DNA of 63,474 nucleotides, filler included, from Neolecta irregularis DAH-3 (Eukaryota): NCBI GenBank assembly GCA_001929475.1. It is 15 parts of 15 records of this genome, joined end to end, with 100 filler letters (N's around TTAATTAATTAA, not from the genome) between each part and the next. Parts side by side here need not be neighbours in the genome. Positions count along the whole stretch, not along the records: positions 61,901 to 63,474 come from LXFE01001026.1; 14 more parts are not named here. One strand, given 5' to 3'. The translations under genes were made by a program, and so were the position numbers. Position 1 is the stretch's first letter. The number at the start of each line of letters is the position of its first letter. This document shows, in pieces, positions 62,420-63,474 of the stretch. The notes below the pieces were generated by a model, which saw nothing but the letters and a program-made list of their open reading frames with translations, was not told the DNA's origin and did no database searches.

Positions 62420-63420
62420 CAACATGAACTTTCATAAGTTTGATCAATTGCTGATGTATCAATTGACTCAACATAATCATACCATCCACATACCCACCTG
62501 GGGCACTTGTGCCAGCATGATCCTCCTCCTAAAAGAGGTGATCCTTTCCTCAACCCCCGCTCACCATATCCGCAGTCTCCAACTCTACTTGCCCGCCAGG
62601 ACCTACTTCTGTCTCGCCAACAATATCCAGTACCTGCTCCTGGCCCTTGTCTTCTTCGGTGCCGCCCCATCTACCTACACAGCACTCCATGCCCTCTGCA
62701 GCTTCACACGGACTATTCTGCCTCCCCTCACCCACTCACCGCTCCATCCTGCCTCCCTCGCCCACCCCACTGATTTCCCCCTCACCCCGCTCCTCCACAT
62801 CTACCCCATCACACCCGTCCTACTCATGCTCTCCATTGCCCCCCCTGCCACGCACCTGCACATGGGCTTTGCAACATGCTTCCTGGTTGCGGATGGCGAG
62901 CAGGTACTCGAGCTGATGTGTCTGGACTGCGCGCGCACCCGCTGCTCGTGGCTGCTGAGGCAGCACGCTATGCTGTAGGGTATCTGTCCATGCACTCACC
63001 TGTCTACCGCTAACTGCAGGCGCAGCACTGTGCATAGCAGCACCGCTCAACCCGGTTCTCTCCTGTTCCAACTCCCTCACTAGCTCTAACTGCCTTGCCC
63101 GCTCCAGCACCCTCACCCGCTCCAGCTCCCGCGCCCGCGCCCACGCCCGCTCCAACTCCTGCGCCCACTCCAACTCCAGCACCCACTCCATCGCCCTCGC
63201 CAGCTGCAGTGCCCTCATCCGCTCCAACTCCCTGGTCCGCTGCAGTGGCCTCACCCGCTCCAGCGCCCTTGCCAGCTCCAACTCCGTTGCCCGCTCCAAC
63301 TACCTAGTCTCCTGCAGCGCCCTCGCCAGTTGCAGTGCCCCCGCCTTCTGAGACGCCCTCTCTGGCTGCAACTCCCTCGCCCATGCCCGCTGAAACGCCC
63401 TATCCCACTGCAGCGCCCTC
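62420..63420 (-). pseudogene. Decayed ORF with 18-nt (RARELE-like) tandem repeats
   Basis: The minus frame reads ..LERARQLELVRELEQER.., then an acidic/Gly-rich tail broken by TAG/TGA stops. The repeat also occurs at 48075-48170. Confidence 0.45.
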
Positions 63421-63474
63421 TCTAGTTGCGTGGTTCTGATCCGAAAACCGCTACTGAAAGGGACCGGCTGACTG

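Overview
This is eukaryotic DNA from an intron-rich fungus. Gene content and tiny introns suggest an early-diverging ascomycete (Taphrinomycotina, Neolecta-like; inference). The window is 15 separate contigs joined by 14 artificial 100-nt spacers (N44-TTAATTAATTAA-N44), so adjacency across spacers is not biological evidence. The ORF track fragments most genes because introns are only about 33-45 nt; I rebuilt the gene models by hand. Housekeeping genes: ddb1 (3' part), nop4, akr1, emp24, apt1, frs2, tad2, prp8 (5' part), tRNA-Arg(ACG), nudC, tex1, apl3, an F-box protein, two SDRs, an ADH and a PLP-binding protein. Accessory content: two families of secreted PAN/Apple-like Cys-domain proteins with paralogous relics, a secreted GH12 glucanase, an HEXXH metalloprotease, an Mx-like dynamin and a long chimeric metallothionein. 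Mobile DNA includes hAT MITEs, a hAT transposase relic, a TGT..ACA MITE and solo LTRs. The most striking signals are: (1) an effector-like family whose promoter, signal peptide and C-terminal tail are conserved while the mature N-terminus diverges; (2) a first contig that closes on itself through the ddb1 reading frame; (3) the modular metallothionein; (4) frequent GC-AG and GAG/AAG splice sites; (5) a CpG-free AT-rich satellite contig.
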